64,000 bases of DNA, taken from NCBI GenBank assembly GCA_000004695.1, contig CM000153.2:4224001-4288000 (forward strand). The letters run 5' to 3'. The position numbers were made by a program, and so were the translations under genes. The stretch comes from Dictyostelium discoideum. Taxonomy: Eukaryota. Position 1 is the first letter of the stretch; each line of letters begins with the position of its first letter. The notes beneath the pieces were generated by a model. The model was given only the letters and a program-made list of their open reading frames with translations, did no database searches and was not told where the DNA came from. Positions 1 to 20,480 of the stretch are shown piece by piece.

Positions 1-1144
<1,144 letters not shown>

Positions 1145-1201
1145 TACGAAGATTGGTTTTAAAATTAATTTTTATAAATTTTTTTTATTTTTTCCCCAAA
1201 C

Positions 1202-1233
<32 letters not shown>

Positions 1234-1298
1234 CCATTTTTGGCGGGAAAACATTAATCCATTAATTTTATATGTTTATATATATATGTTTATAAAAT

Positions 1299-1340
<42 letters not shown>

Positions 1341-1852
1341 GTTACATTTGGAAATTAAAATTTAATTAATTAAAAAAATTTTTAAAAGGAAATAAATTAA
1401 ATTTTAATAATTAAAAAAAAAAAAATAATAATGTTTAGTGGCAATAAAAATTAAATTTAATTGGACTACAAATGTGGTGCTAAAAATAAATGAATAATTA
1501 AATTCTTACCAGTTTGTTATGTATGTATTTTTTTTTTGTTATTTTGATATTATTCATCAAAGGAAATATCCAATTTAAGAGAAATTGTTGTATTATACGT
1601 AGTGGGTTTGTGGGTATTTATTAGTGGGTGTTTGTATAAAATATTCACAAAAATAAATAGTTTTTCCAGAAAAGATGGTTTTATTTTATACAATTAAAGT
1701 GATTTTCAATATATACATACAGATACATAAAATATATGTATTTTTTTTTTTTTTTAAAAAAAAAAAATTAAATAAATAAAATAAATAATATAAATAAAAT
1801 AAATAAATAAATAATACAGTGTGTGGTGTTTTTTTTTTTTTCTTTTTTCTAT

Positions 1853-1897
<45 letters not shown>

Positions 1898-3187
1898 TCT
1901 ATCAAAATACAAATATATCTGAAATATAATCAAAAAAAAAAAATAACATATAAAAATAAAAATAACAATAACATTACAGTTATAAACATATGTATGCACT
2001 TTAATTTTTTTTTAATTTTTTTTCTTTTTTAATTTATTGTTGTTTAATTTATTTCTTTTTTATTTAATTATTTGTTTTTATTTTATTTTATTTTTTAATT
2101 ATTATTATTTTTTTTTTTTTTTTTTAAAATTTTTTTTTTTTTTTTTTTTTAAATGATTGATTTCCTCCTAAGGACAAAAAAAAAAAAAAAAAAAAAAAAA
2201 TTTATTAAATATTTTTGGTGTTTTTTATATGAATAAATAAATTAAAAAAGCAAGTCGGAGAAATAATAGTAATAATTAAATAATTTTAACTTAATTTTTA
2301 AATTTTTTTTTTTTTTTTTAATTCATTAAACCATCATTTTTTTTTTTTTTTTTTTTTTTATTTTTATCAAAATACAAATTACTATTATGGATCCGACTAT
2401 TAAATAATAAAATATTTTATTTTTAGAGGTTTTTTTTTTTTTTTTTTTTTAATATTCTCATCACACACAACCACTCTCAACAACACAATACTGTTAGTGT
2501 GAGCACACTCGAGTGTTTGTTATTTTCGCTAAATGTAAATATATGTTAAAAAAAAAAAAAAAAAAATAAATAAAAAATAAAAATAAAAATAATTATAAAT
2601 AAATAAAATTAATAAGAAAAGAAAAGAAAAGAAAAAAAAAAAAAAAAAAAAAACCAATTAAAAAAAAAAAAAAATAAAATAAAATAATTAAAATTAAATT
2701 CCTTTTGTAATAATTTTATAAATATTAAAAAAATACACTATTTGACAATAATCGATTATAATAATTGTAATTAAGTTTAAATAATTTTTTTCTTTGTTTC
2801 CTTTTTCCTTTTTTTTTTTTTTTTTTTTTTTTAAGTGTTTCTTTTTTCTTTGATGCAAAAAAAAAAAAACAACAAAAAAAAACAAATATCTTTAAAGTAA
2901 ACTTTTTTTTTTTCTGTTTTCCATGTTTTGTGAAAAAAAAAAAAAAAAAAAAAAAAAAAATAAAATAAAATAGAGAAAAAAATAAATAATGTTTATTTAT
3001 AATAGATTAAATAAATAATTATAATCATATCATAATTACCATAATTATTTATTTTTTTATTTTTTTATTTTTTTATTTTTTTTTTTAAAACAAATATTTT
3101 AATATAAAAAAAAAAAAATAAAAAAAATAAAAAAAAAATTAAAAAATTAAAAAATAAAAAAAAAAAAACTCAAAAAAAAATCTTTTA

Positions 3188-3218
<31 letters not shown>

Positions 3219-3435
3219 CTGTTGTAATGATACTCCAGTAACAATAAACTAATTTTTGTGCAAATATTATTTTAGTTTTTTTTTTTTTTTTTTATTATTT
3301 AAGAGAGAATACTTCAATTTATAAATTGTAAAGCAATCAAAGTAATATTACCAAATTCAACAACCTTTTTGTATATAGAAAAAAAAGAAAGAAAAGAAGA
3401 AAGAAAGAAAAAAAGAAAACAATTTTAAAAATAAA

Positions 3436-3495
3436 TTGTGCATAAAATCACACAGACTCACACAAACACACATACATACACACACATATATAGTC
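3436..3495 (+). promoter_or_regulatory. CA-rich (C/A strand-biased) element immediately 5' of the G-alpha start codon
   Basis: cacagactcacacaaacacacatacatacacacacatata lies 30-90 bp upstream of ATG 3524. It is compositionally distinct from the surrounding >90% AT DNA. It resembles the CA/GT-rich (G-box/CAE-like) promoter boxes described in Dictyostelium. Confidence 0.3.
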
Positions 3496-3523
3496 ACTTA
3501 ATAAATTAATAGACATTAAAAAG

Positions 3524-5064
3524 ATGGGTTGTATATTAACAATTGAAGCAAAGAAATCAAGAGATATCGACTATCAATTAAGAAAAGAAGAAGGAAGTAA
3601 AAATGAAACCAAATTACTTTTATTGGGACCTGGTGAATCAGGTAAATCAACTATATTTAAACAAATGAAGATTATTCAAGACGATGGTGGTTTCTCAATA
3701 GACGAAAGATTAGAATACAGATATATTATTTATGGTAATTGCATAAGCCAAATGAAAGTTTTGGTAACTGCTGCTATCTCTCAAGATTTAAAACCAAATA
3801 ATCCTGATAATGAGGTAAGATATATATATATATATTAATAATCATTCTCTTCATTCATTATCATACACTATTCATCAATTTTTCTTTCTTTTTTTTTTTT
3901 TTTAAAAATTATTATCTTTTTTTTTTTTTTTTTTTTTTTTTTTCTTCGTTGTAAACACTTTCATCACCTTTTTTTTTATTTTTTTTTATTTATTTTCGCC
4001 GCACTGAAGAAAATATGACGTGTTTTTCTCAAACTTTTTTTCCGCTCAAAAAAAAAAAAAAAAAAAATAATCAAAAAAAAAAAAAAAAAAAATCAAAAAA
4101 ATCAAAAAAATCAAAAAAATAATTCGATTTTATTTTTTTCTATTTTTATTTAAATGATTAAATGATTAATTTTTTATATAATTTTTATTAATATAATTAT
4201 AGACTAGATTTGAAAAGTTTTCAAAGATTTCACCAGGTGGCAACTCTTGGACATTAGAGATTGCAGAAGATATTAAACAATTATGGAGCGATGATAGTAT
4301 ACAAAATATTTATAGAATGAAAGATAAATTTTATCAATTAAATGATTCTGCAGCATAGTATGTATACTAGTATTATTAGTAGTTGAAGAAGTAGTAGTAA
4401 TAGTTAATTTTTTTTTTTTTAAGATAACTAATTAATTTTTTTTTTTTTTTTTTTTTAAAATTATAGCTTTTTTGATAATATTGGTAGATTTGCAAATGAA
4501 AATTATGTACCAACACAAGATGATGTATTAAGATCAAGAGTACGTACAACTGGTATTCAAGAAGCACACTTTAAATTCATTAATATAGAATTTAGAATGT
4601 TAGATGTTGGTGGACAAAGATCAGAAAGAAGAAAATGGATTCATTGTTTTGATTCAGTTACAGCAGTTATATTTTGCGTTGCTTTGAGCGAATATGATCA
4701 AACATTACGTGAAGAAGAATCTCAAAATAGAATGAAGGAATCGTTAATGTTATTCGATGAAATTGTTAATAGTCATTGGTTTAGAAATACAGCATTCATT
4801 ATATTTTTTAATAAAGTCGATCTTTTCCGTGAGAAAATCGCAAAGATTGATTTAGGTGATTATTTCCCCGCTTATACTGGTGGTTTATCATTTGATAACT
4901 CTACTCAATTTATAAAGAAAATGTTTTTAGACCTTTCAACTGGAAATCAAAGAATCTTTGCTCATTTCACTTGTGCAATTGATACTGCAAATATTCAATT
5001 TGTATTTCATGCTGTTAGAGAAACTTTATTAAAAAATATCTTTAATACAATCATAAATTATTAA
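3524..5064 (+). CDS. Heterotrimeric G-protein alpha subunit, 347 aa, Dictyostelium G-alpha4/5-like subfamily. Exons: 3524..3814, 4203..4357, 4467..5064.
   Basis: MGCIL N-terminus (acylation site). G1 motif LLLLGPGESGKST. Exon 2/3 join reconstructs ...LNDSAAY|FFDNIGRFANENYVPTQDDVLRSRVRTTGIQEAHF...DVGGQRSERRKW. FFNKVDLF and TCAIDT motifs are present. Donors GTAAGA at 3815 and GTATGT at 4358. Acceptors ttatag| and aattatag|. Intron phases are consistent. Confidence 0.9.
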
Positions 5065-5392
5065 ATCTTTTTTTTTTTTTTTTTTTTTTTTTGAAATAAA
5101 AGAAAAAAAAAAAAAAAAGTAATAATAATAATAATAAATAATGGTAGAGTTGGAAGAAAAAGTAAAATAGTTTTATAAAAAAATAAAAAAAAAAAAAAAA
5201 AAATAATAAAAAAACAAAAAAAAAAAAAGTAAATAATAAAAAAAAAATTAAATAAAAAAACAAATGTATTTAAAAATAATTAATATCAAATTTGTTATTT
5301 TCCATTTTTTGTTAAATAATTTATTTATTTATTTAAAATATATAAATTTAAATTAATTATTTAATTTATATTGGAAATTGTAATATTATTTT

Positions 5393-6570
<1,178 letters not shown>

Positions 6571-7248
6571 AATTATTTATTAAATATATTTTATTATAAT
6601 TTATTAAATATATTTATTATTATTTATGGAATTTTAGAAAAAAGAAAACAGAAAAAAAAAAAAAAAGAAAAAAAAAAAAAAAAAAAAAAAATTTAAATTA
6701 TAAAAATAAAATATGGATTTTCACTCAACGGCTTCATTGCAATTCTTAAACTATGGATGTAAGTTTCCAAATAACGTTCAATTTTAATTTATTAAAAAAA
6801 AACAAAAAAAAAATAATTTCTGGAAATTATTTTTTAAAATCTCCCCTCATTTCCGTTTTTTTTTTTTTTTTTTTAATTTTTATTTTTTTTATTTTTTTTA
6901 TTTTTAAAAAAAGATTAAAAAATTAATTTTTTTTTTTTTTAAAATTATTATTTATTTTAGACAATACCAGAATAAAAAAAAAAAAAAAATAAAAATAGAT
7001 TTGGTTTAGGTTTTAATATTTTATAAAATCATAATAATGAGTCAAAAAAAAAAAAAAAAAAAAAAAACAAAAAAATTATTAAATGAGTCAAAGATCCTTG
7101 GATTCTTTTTTTTTTTTTTTTTTTTTATTCTGGGGATTGTTTTAAATAAATAATAATTTAATAAAAAAAATTAATAATTATTTTATTTTTATTTTTATTT
7201 TTTTTTTATTTTTTTCATTTTTTTTTTTTCCTTTTTACTTTTTATTTT

Positions 7249-7290
<42 letters not shown>

Positions 7291-7344
7291 TTATTAATTA
7301 AACAAATAAATAAATAAATAAATAAATAAATAAATATATAAAAA

Positions 7345-9615
<2,271 letters not shown>

Positions 9616-10312
9616 CACAATAGAGTAGAGCTCTTAATTGATCTATTGATCTTGTGTAAATAAAAAAAAAATAAAAAATAAAAGTTTATTATTTAACTAA
9701 TTTAAATTACTAGTTTATTATTTAATATTTTGGTTAAAATAAAAAAAAAATAAAAAATAAAAAATAAAAAAATAAATCAAAAAAAAATAAGATATTAATA
9801 AAATTAAATTTTTTAATATTTATAAAATTAAATATAAATAAAAAAATAAAAAAATAAATAAAAAAATAAATAAATAAAAAAAATAAATAAATAAAAAAAA
9901 TCTTCTGATGGAACATTTAGAGGCTCCAAAAAAAAAAAAAAAAATAGAAAAGTGTTTAAAAACGAAAATTGAAAAAATTTTAAAAGTTAGGCTATTAATT
10001 TCGCAATAAAAATAAATATTCATATGATGATATCATGACTGTTATTAAAAAACAGTTCAAATTTATTATTATCCCTAATGTCATTCAATTCCAAAAAAGA
10101 AAAAAAATGTCCCTATCTCAAAAAATTTATTTTTTTTTTAATTTTTATTTTTATTTTTTTTTTTTTTAATTTATTTTAATTTTTTTTTTTTTTTTTTTAT
10201 ATTAATTAATTGGTGCACCAAAAGAAATATGTAAAGCGCATAAATTGTTAATAAATAAAAAGGGTAAAAAAAAAAAAAAAAAAAAAACCATAGTAAAAAC
10301 GTACGTTTGTTG

Positions 10313-10343
<31 letters not shown>

Positions 10344-10344
<1 letters not shown>

Positions 10345-11648
10345 TGAATACAAATAATAATTTTTCAAATGGGGAAGAAGTGTCAATCCATATTGGAACT
10401 GGTATAGATATTGCAGCAAAAGCATGGGGTCCAAAAGAGAGTTCACAAAAAATGCTTGCTTTACATGGTTGGTTGGATAATGCAAATACATTTGATTTCA
10501 TTGCTCCAATTCTCGCTGAAAAAGGTATTAGAATAATAGTATGTATATCTCCTGTGCACAATAATAAAAAAAATAAAAAAAATAAAAAAAAATAAAAAGT
10601 TATATAAAAAGTTTTTATATATAAGATATTAATTTTTTTTTTTTTTTATTTTTTTTTTTTTTTTATTTTTTTAATTAGGCAATTGATTTTATTGGACATG
10701 GATTATCACCACATAAACCAAGTTGGTGTAATTTATATTATACAGATTATATTACTCAAGTATTAGATGTTGCCGAAGCATTACAATGGAAAACCTTTTC
10801 AATAATGGGACATAGTATGGGTGCTGGTATAGCATCAATTGTTGCAGCAAGTATGCCACATTTAGTTGAACGTATCATTTGTTTAGATTTCATTGGTATA
10901 CTTTCAAAAGAACAAGATCAAATCAAAGCAATTCAATTCGCAATGCAAACTCGTACAACTATAAACAATAGAAAACCACATCTTTACAATAATAAACAAG
11001 CCATATTCGATAAATTAAAAGCAAACAATCCTTGGATTAAAGATGAAGCTGGTCAAAGATTATTAGATAGATCAATTGAATCTGTTATCTCTCCAACTAC
11101 TGGTGAGCAATGTTATAAACTTAGACATGATCCACGTTTAGTTGGTATGTTTATTATTATTATTATTATTAAATATTATCAATAATAATTTTTATTAATT
11201 TTTATTCATTTTTTTTTTTTTTTTTTTAGGACCATCAATTTTTATTATGCGTGAAGCAGAAGTTTTATTAATGTTGGATGAAATTCAATGTCCAGTTTTA
11301 TTGATTTGGGGTACGACATCATCTCAACAATTCCAAATTAAAAAGAATTGGACACAAATCATGGAAGGTAGAATGTCACATATAAAGAATTTAAAACAAT
11401 TGGTTGTACCAGGTTCTCATCATTTCCATATGGAAAATACTTCTGCATTCTCTCAAGATATTTTAGAATTTATGTTTGAAGAAAAGGATCTCTCTTTTAC
11501 ACCATCATCAACTACTCAGCAGCAACAACAACAGCAACAATCAGCTGAAAATAAAAAGGGTGATAATCATAATCAAATAGCTGAACAAGATTTATCAACT
11601 TCAAATACTTCTTCACCAATTATTTCAAAACCAAAACCCAATTTGTAA
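10344..11648 (+). CDS. Alpha/beta-hydrolase fold serine hydrolase, SERHL (serine hydrolase-like) type, about 359 aa. Exons: 10344..10538, 10679..11144, 11230..11648.
   Basis: ALHGWLDNANTFDFIAPILAEKGIRII|AIDFIGHGLS is reconstructed across intron 1 (GTATGT donor, ttaattag acceptor). Nucleophile elbow GHSMGAG. Catalytic-His region PGSHHFHMEN in exon 3. Intron 2 donor G|GTATGT is phase 1 and rejoins as G-PSIFIMREAE. All phases are consistent. Confidence 0.8.
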
Positions 11649-12010
11649 ATTTTATATAATAATTCTCCATCACATTTTTTGGTTTATCAAAAAAAAAAAA
11701 AAAAAAAAAAAAAAGAAACTAACCTATTTGTTTTAATTATTAGATATAAATATATTATTGGTGATTCATAAAATAATGCGTTATTATAAATTATATATTT
11801 AAAAATAAATAAAATTTATAAAAAATAAAATTTATAAATAAAAATATAATATTTTTTTAATTATCAATAATTTTATTTAATTTAATTTAATTATTTTAAA
11901 TTTCTTTGATTATTAAAACTATAAATCATTCTAATTATTATAAATAAATTTTGGAATATTAATATTATTTAAAAGGAAATTGAATAAAAAAGTAAAAATA
12001 TAATAAAAAA

Positions 12011-12085
12011 AAAAAAAGAGAAGGTTGTTGACTAAAAAAAAAAAAGAAAAAGGTCGTTGTTGACTAAAAAGAGAATTAGGTCGTT
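12011..12085. repeat. Three imperfect tandem copies of a roughly 25-bp unit AGGTYGTTG(TTG)ACTAAAAA
   Basis: gaaggttgttgactaaaaaaaaaaaag / aaaggtcgttgttgactaaaaagag / ttaggtcgttggctcaaaaaaaa, read directly. Intergenic, between the hydrolase 3' end and the AIF-like gene. Confidence 0.7.
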
Positions 12086-12624
12086 GGCTCAAAAAAAAAA
12101 AATAAAAAAAAAAAAAAAAAAAAAGAAAATTATTTTCACTTTTATTTTTTTAATTGCGTCAATTTTAATGATTTTTCGTTGTTTGAAACCTCCAAATCTT
12201 ATTGTTTTTTAATTTCATGTTTTAATTGTTTTTTTAATTTTAATTTTTTTTTTTTGATAAACAAAAAAAAAAAATAAAATAAAAAAAAGCTTTATTAAAT
12301 TGTTTTTTTTTTTTTTTTTTGTTTGTTTGTGTATTATTTCAAATAAAAGTTAATCTTGCATCATCAAATATTTGCAAATATAGATAAAGTTTTATGATTC
12401 AATAATGTATGTAGAACAATTTTATAGCCTAATAGCATTGGGAAAAAAAAAAAAAAACAAAACAAAAATCAATGTAATACAATTTGTAATTTGTCACTGT
12501 GTGTGTATATATTTTCTTTTTTTAATTTTTTTTTTTTTTTTTTATTTATTAAAAATATTTCGTCTGCTAATGTGTGATAATTATAAACACAGAAAAAAAA
12601 AAAAAAAAAAAAAAAAAAAATAAT

Positions 12625-12655
<31 letters not shown>

Positions 12656-12867
12656 TAAATATAAAAGTATTATGTTTGGAATGATGATATAATAAATTAC
12701 TAAAATTAATCTTTATTTTTCTTTTAATTTTTTTTTTTTTTTCACATCCATAGTAAAATATTTTATAACAACAATAATAATAATACTATTTAGTGAAAAT
12801 AATAACTACTATATCAATAATAATAAACTATCACTTAACTAAAGTAAAATAAAATAAATATTTAGAA

Positions 12868-14190
12868 ATGATTGCACTATTATTATTACAAATAATATTC
12901 TTTGTAGGGTATTATGTTATGAGTATTACATTTGGACTTTTTAAAATATTCTTAACATTATTGAAATTTAAAAATTTAGCAATTTCAACATTATGTAATA
13001 GAGTATGTTTTATATATATATATATATATTAATATATATATATATATTAATATATAAAAGTATAAAAAAAAAAAAAAAAATTAACTTTTATTTTATTTTA
13101 TTTTTATATTTTAAAAAAAAAAAAAAAATAGATACCAATTGAAGATAGAAAAAAAGTTGTAATTGTTGGAGGTGGATTTTCAGGTAGTATTGTAGCACAA
13201 AAATTAGAGAATGATTATCAAGTTACATTAATTGATACAAAGGATTTCTTTGAATTTACACCAAGTATACTTAGAACCATTGTTGAACCACAACATGTTA
13301 AAAAGATTCAAATTTTACATTCACATTATTTAAAGCATACAAATGTAATTCAAAAGGAAGTATTGGGTGTACAATCTAGAGAGGTGATTTTAGATGATAG
13401 GTCAGTTGAGTTTGACTATTTAGTGATAAACTCTGGCTCAAGTTATAATTCACCATTTAAAGAATCAAGTGTTGTCTCATCAGCACGTGCAAATACATTA
13501 CGTGAAAATTATTACCACATTAGAAAGTTGAAGAGAATTTTAATCATTGGTGGTGGTATCGTTGGAGTGGAGTTGGCCGCAGAGATAGTGGACCATTTCA
13601 AAGGCAAGGAAGTGACAATCGTGCATTCACAATCGAAATTAATGAACAGGTTCCCCAAGAAGACAATACGTTACACTGAGGAATTCTTACAAAAGCGTGG
13701 TGTTAAATTGATTTATAATGAACGTGTTGTGGCTCATAGGGGTCAAACATTCATAACCGATCAGGGTAGTGAGATCATTGCTGAGCAAGCGTTCCTTTGT
13801 ACTGGTATCGCACCAAATTCAAATTTCATTAAAAACAGCTACCCCGATGCCATCTCTGAGAATGGTTACATCAAAGCTAACGACCAACTCCAGATGGCCG
13901 GCACTACATTCTATCGTAATATCTTTGTGTCTGGTGACGTCTTACATGTACGTGAAGAGAAGTTAGCCCAAACTGCTGAATGCACAGCTTCAATAGTGGT
14001 CAATAATATCAATGCAATGGAAAGTCGTTGTGAACATAAAATGCAATCTTATAAACCTTTTGCAAAACCTGTTTTAATAAGTCTTGGAAAATATTCTGCT
14101 ATCTTTGTTTATAAAGATTACTCAATAACTGGTTTCTTACCAGCTTTATTAAAACAAGCTGTTGAATTTAAAACAATGGTTAGATATTAA
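12868..14190 (+). CDS. AIF-like / FSP1 (AIFM2)-like FAD-dependent pyridine-nucleotide-disulfide oxidoreductase. Exons: 12868..13002, 13132..14190.
   Basis: Exon 2 opens with the dinucleotide-binding motif KKVVIVGGGFSGSIVAQKL...VTLIDTKDFFEFTPSILR. A second Rossmann motif is ILIIGGGIVGVELAAEI. Exon 1 (MIALLLLQIIFFVGYYVMSITFGLFKIF...) looks like a hydrophobic membrane anchor. GTATGT donor at 13003 and aaaatag acceptor at 13131, phase 0. The track's 'M' at 13363 is a TTG codon inside exon 2. Confidence 0.7.
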
Positions 14191-15576
14191 AAAAAAAAAA
14201 TCTAAAAAATTATTTTAATTATTATTTTTAATTTTTTTTTATTTTTTTTTTTATATCAAGATATTTATAAAACTAAAAAAGAAAAATAAAAAAAAAAAAA
14301 AAAATGGAATTAAAAAAAAAAAAAATGAATTAATTTAAACCCAAGTATCCAATCACATATTTTCTTTTTTTTTTTAACTTTTTTTTTTTTTTTTATTTTT
14401 TTTAATTTTTTTTTAATTTTATTATTTATTTTCCTTTATATATTAATCCCTCATTGTTAGATATTGAAGATAAAATCCAAATTATTTTTTTTTTTCCAAA
14501 CTAAATAAATTATGATTTTTTTTTGTTTTATTATTTTTAGATTTTTAAAAAAAAAAAAAAAATAAAATAAAAATCTTAAAAAAAAACATAATATATTTTA
14601 TTTGGTAAAATATAAAAAATAAAAATAATCATTCATTTGTAAAAAGTTTCTAAAGTATGTGGTGTGTAATTTTAACACAAAACACACACACCTGCAAAAT
14701 TTTGATTTTTTTTTAATTTTTTTTTTTTTTTTTTTTACCATATGATTTAATTTTTTATTTTATTTTATTTTTTTGTATGTATGTATGTAAGTATGTATAT
14801 TTTTTATTTTTTTTTTTATTTTTTTTTTTTATTTCATTATTTTTTTTTTTTTTTTTGATACCATTTGAATCAAAACTTTAATAACACATCACATTCACCC
14901 AACTACTCACAAAATAATTTCCTAAATTATTGTAAAATAATAGCTTTATTGTTGTTGATATATCCATTTGTAAGCTAATAATATTTTTTGATTAGATTTA
15001 CGTGTTGATAAATTGTTTCAATCACCCATTTTTACAAGCACACTCACTCACACACTAACTTTTACTTCACACTCAATAATAAAAATAATATATATAATTA
15101 GATGTACAATTTTAGATTAATTAATTACACTCAAGAGTATAAGTAGTGGTAATATTTAAACAATTTATTTTTTTTTATTTTTTATATTTATTTATTTATT
15201 TTGTTTTGTTTTGTTTTTTGCGTGTGGTTTTAATTTTTTTTTTTTTAATGTTGTTTTGTTTTGTTTTTTTTTTTTTTTTCCTTAATATTAATACACATAA
15301 TAACAATTTGTCAATATATATTTTTTTTTTATTAAAAAAAATAAATAAAGATATTTTATTTCACATTAATAAATTATTTTTAATTTTATCATTTTCTATT
15401 CATTTTTTTTATTTGTTTTTTTTATTTTTTTTTTTTAAATTATTTTATTTCCTTAAACACAAAACATGTAAATATAAGAATTTAATTTAATAAAATCTAA
15501 GATTTATTTATATAATTGTTTAATTTCTAATAAATTTTTTTTTTTTTTTTTTATTATATTAAATAAAGAAATCAAT

Positions 15577-15612
<36 letters not shown>

Positions 15613-15633
15613 ATATATATATAATAAAATAAA

Positions 15634-18645
<3,012 letters not shown>

Positions 18646-18820
18646 TAATTTAAAAAATAATAATTTAAAAAATAAAAAAAAAAATAAAAAAAATAATAAT
18701 ATATTTAATAAACAAAAAAAAAAAAAAAAAAAAATTTTAATTTGTAAAAAAAAAAAACAAAATAAATAATTTAAATAAATTAAAAAATAAAATTAAAATT
18801 AAAATAGTTATTTAATTTTT

Positions 18821-18840
18821 GTGTGTGTGTGTGTGTGTGT
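18821..18840. repeat. (GT)10 dinucleotide microsatellite
   Basis: gtgtgtgtgtgtgtgtgtgt, intergenic, about 180 bp 3' of the 15634 gene. Confidence 0.9.
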
Positions 18841-19030
18841 ATGGTGAATTTGATTAAAAAAAATAATTATATAATTTTTTTTTTTTTTTTTAAAATTAAT
18901 TTTTTTTTTTTTTTTTTAAAAATAATCATTTTTTAATAATTAAAAAAACACATTACCTTTATTATTAATTTTTTTTAAAATAAAAATACATATGTATATA
19001 TATAATTTTTATTATATATTTTTAAATTAC

Positions 19031-19075
<45 letters not shown>

Positions 19076-19078
<3 letters not shown>

Positions 19079-20413
19079 AATTTACCAATTTATTTATTAA
19101 AATATATAATTAGAATTGCTTGTAATTATATAAATAAAATTAGCAATGATTATTCATTTAAAAAGAATGAAATTTGTCAATTAAAAAAATCAATTTCTTT
19201 AACTTGTTGGACATTTTTTAAAACAATGTCATTAAATTTATCAGTTTTAATAATTTGTAATCAAACAAATGGAAATCAAGAAATTAAAAAAGTTTCAAGA
19301 ATTTTGGATAGTAGTAATGAAAAACAAAAATATCAATTATTAAAAAGGGAGAATATAACTTCAATTGGTTTTATTTATCATTATATATTTAATAATTTCA
19401 CAGATTTGGCAAGTTTAAATCAAGAGATACAATTATTTGAAAATTTAAATAAAATAGTTATTGATAGATGTGATTTAAATGTAATTAAACAAATTGAATT
19501 TGGCAATATTAAAATTCAAGATTATTATTTTAGTAATCATTCAACTAATATTCCATTTAGTTTAGCAACAAATGTAAAAGAGATTGCAAATTTATCAATT
19601 GCACCAAATAATTTATCAAATTTAATAATTGACTTTTTCATGAAAGGTGATATTAAAGTTAAAAGAATTTTAGAAATTGATTATCACAGTCCATGTCAAA
19701 TTCCATTTGAAGAGTTATTACCATCAAAAGCTCTAACATGTGTAAAAAATTATGATCTTTTAATTTTAACAATTAAAGATTTATATTACCTATTAAAAAA
19801 TTCACCAAATATAAAACGTTTATCATTTTATATTTGTTTTGATAATTTAATTTATCAATTTACAAATAAAAAAACATTACCTTGTAAATGTAGTGGTGTA
19901 AATGATGATGCTGATGGTGGCACAAATATTAATGATCAATATTTTGATCAAACTTGGGAGAATAATAATAGTGATGATGAAGTTATTGATCAATTTAAAT
20001 TTTATTGGGATTTTATTTCAAATGAAATTAAAAATCATAAAAAATTATCATTTTTAAAGATTGTTAATAAATGTTTAATTAATTATGACTCTGGTAGTAA
20101 TTATCAGAAGGAATCATCATTTCCTGAAGAATTTATTGAAAAATTTTCATATCCATTTAAAATGAATAATTCAATTAAAACTGTAGTGTTTAATGGGTTT
20201 CATACACCTGAAATTTATGAAAAAATAATTATCAATGGAAATAAATCAATCTTTAACTATCATTCTGAATTTTTGGATAATACTTTTCAAAAAAAGATTG
20301 AATACAAAGAATCAATTGAAAATCTCTTATCTAAAAATCATCATATAAAATATTTTTCATTAAAAGATAATAATAATTATTTATTAAATTATTCTAAAAA
20401 AATAATAAAATAA
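19076..20413 (+). CDS. Hypothetical protein, 445 aa, possibly F-box-like at the N-terminus, Asn/Ile-rich
   Basis: Continuous ORF with ATG at 19076. The N-terminus LPIYLLKYIIRIACNY...ICQLKKSISLTCWTFFKTM loosely fits the F-box pattern. No other recognisable domain. Confidence 0.5.
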
Positions 20414-20480
20414 AAATGAAAATAAAAAATAAAAATAAATAAATTAATAAAAAGAGAATTATAATTATTTTTTTTATTTT

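Noticed and set aside
10171-10561. Minus-strand ORFs of 106 and 119 aa
   Set aside because: Antisense to exon 1 of the SERHL-like hydrolase and its poly-A/T promoter. Composition is Tyr/Phe homopolymer-like.
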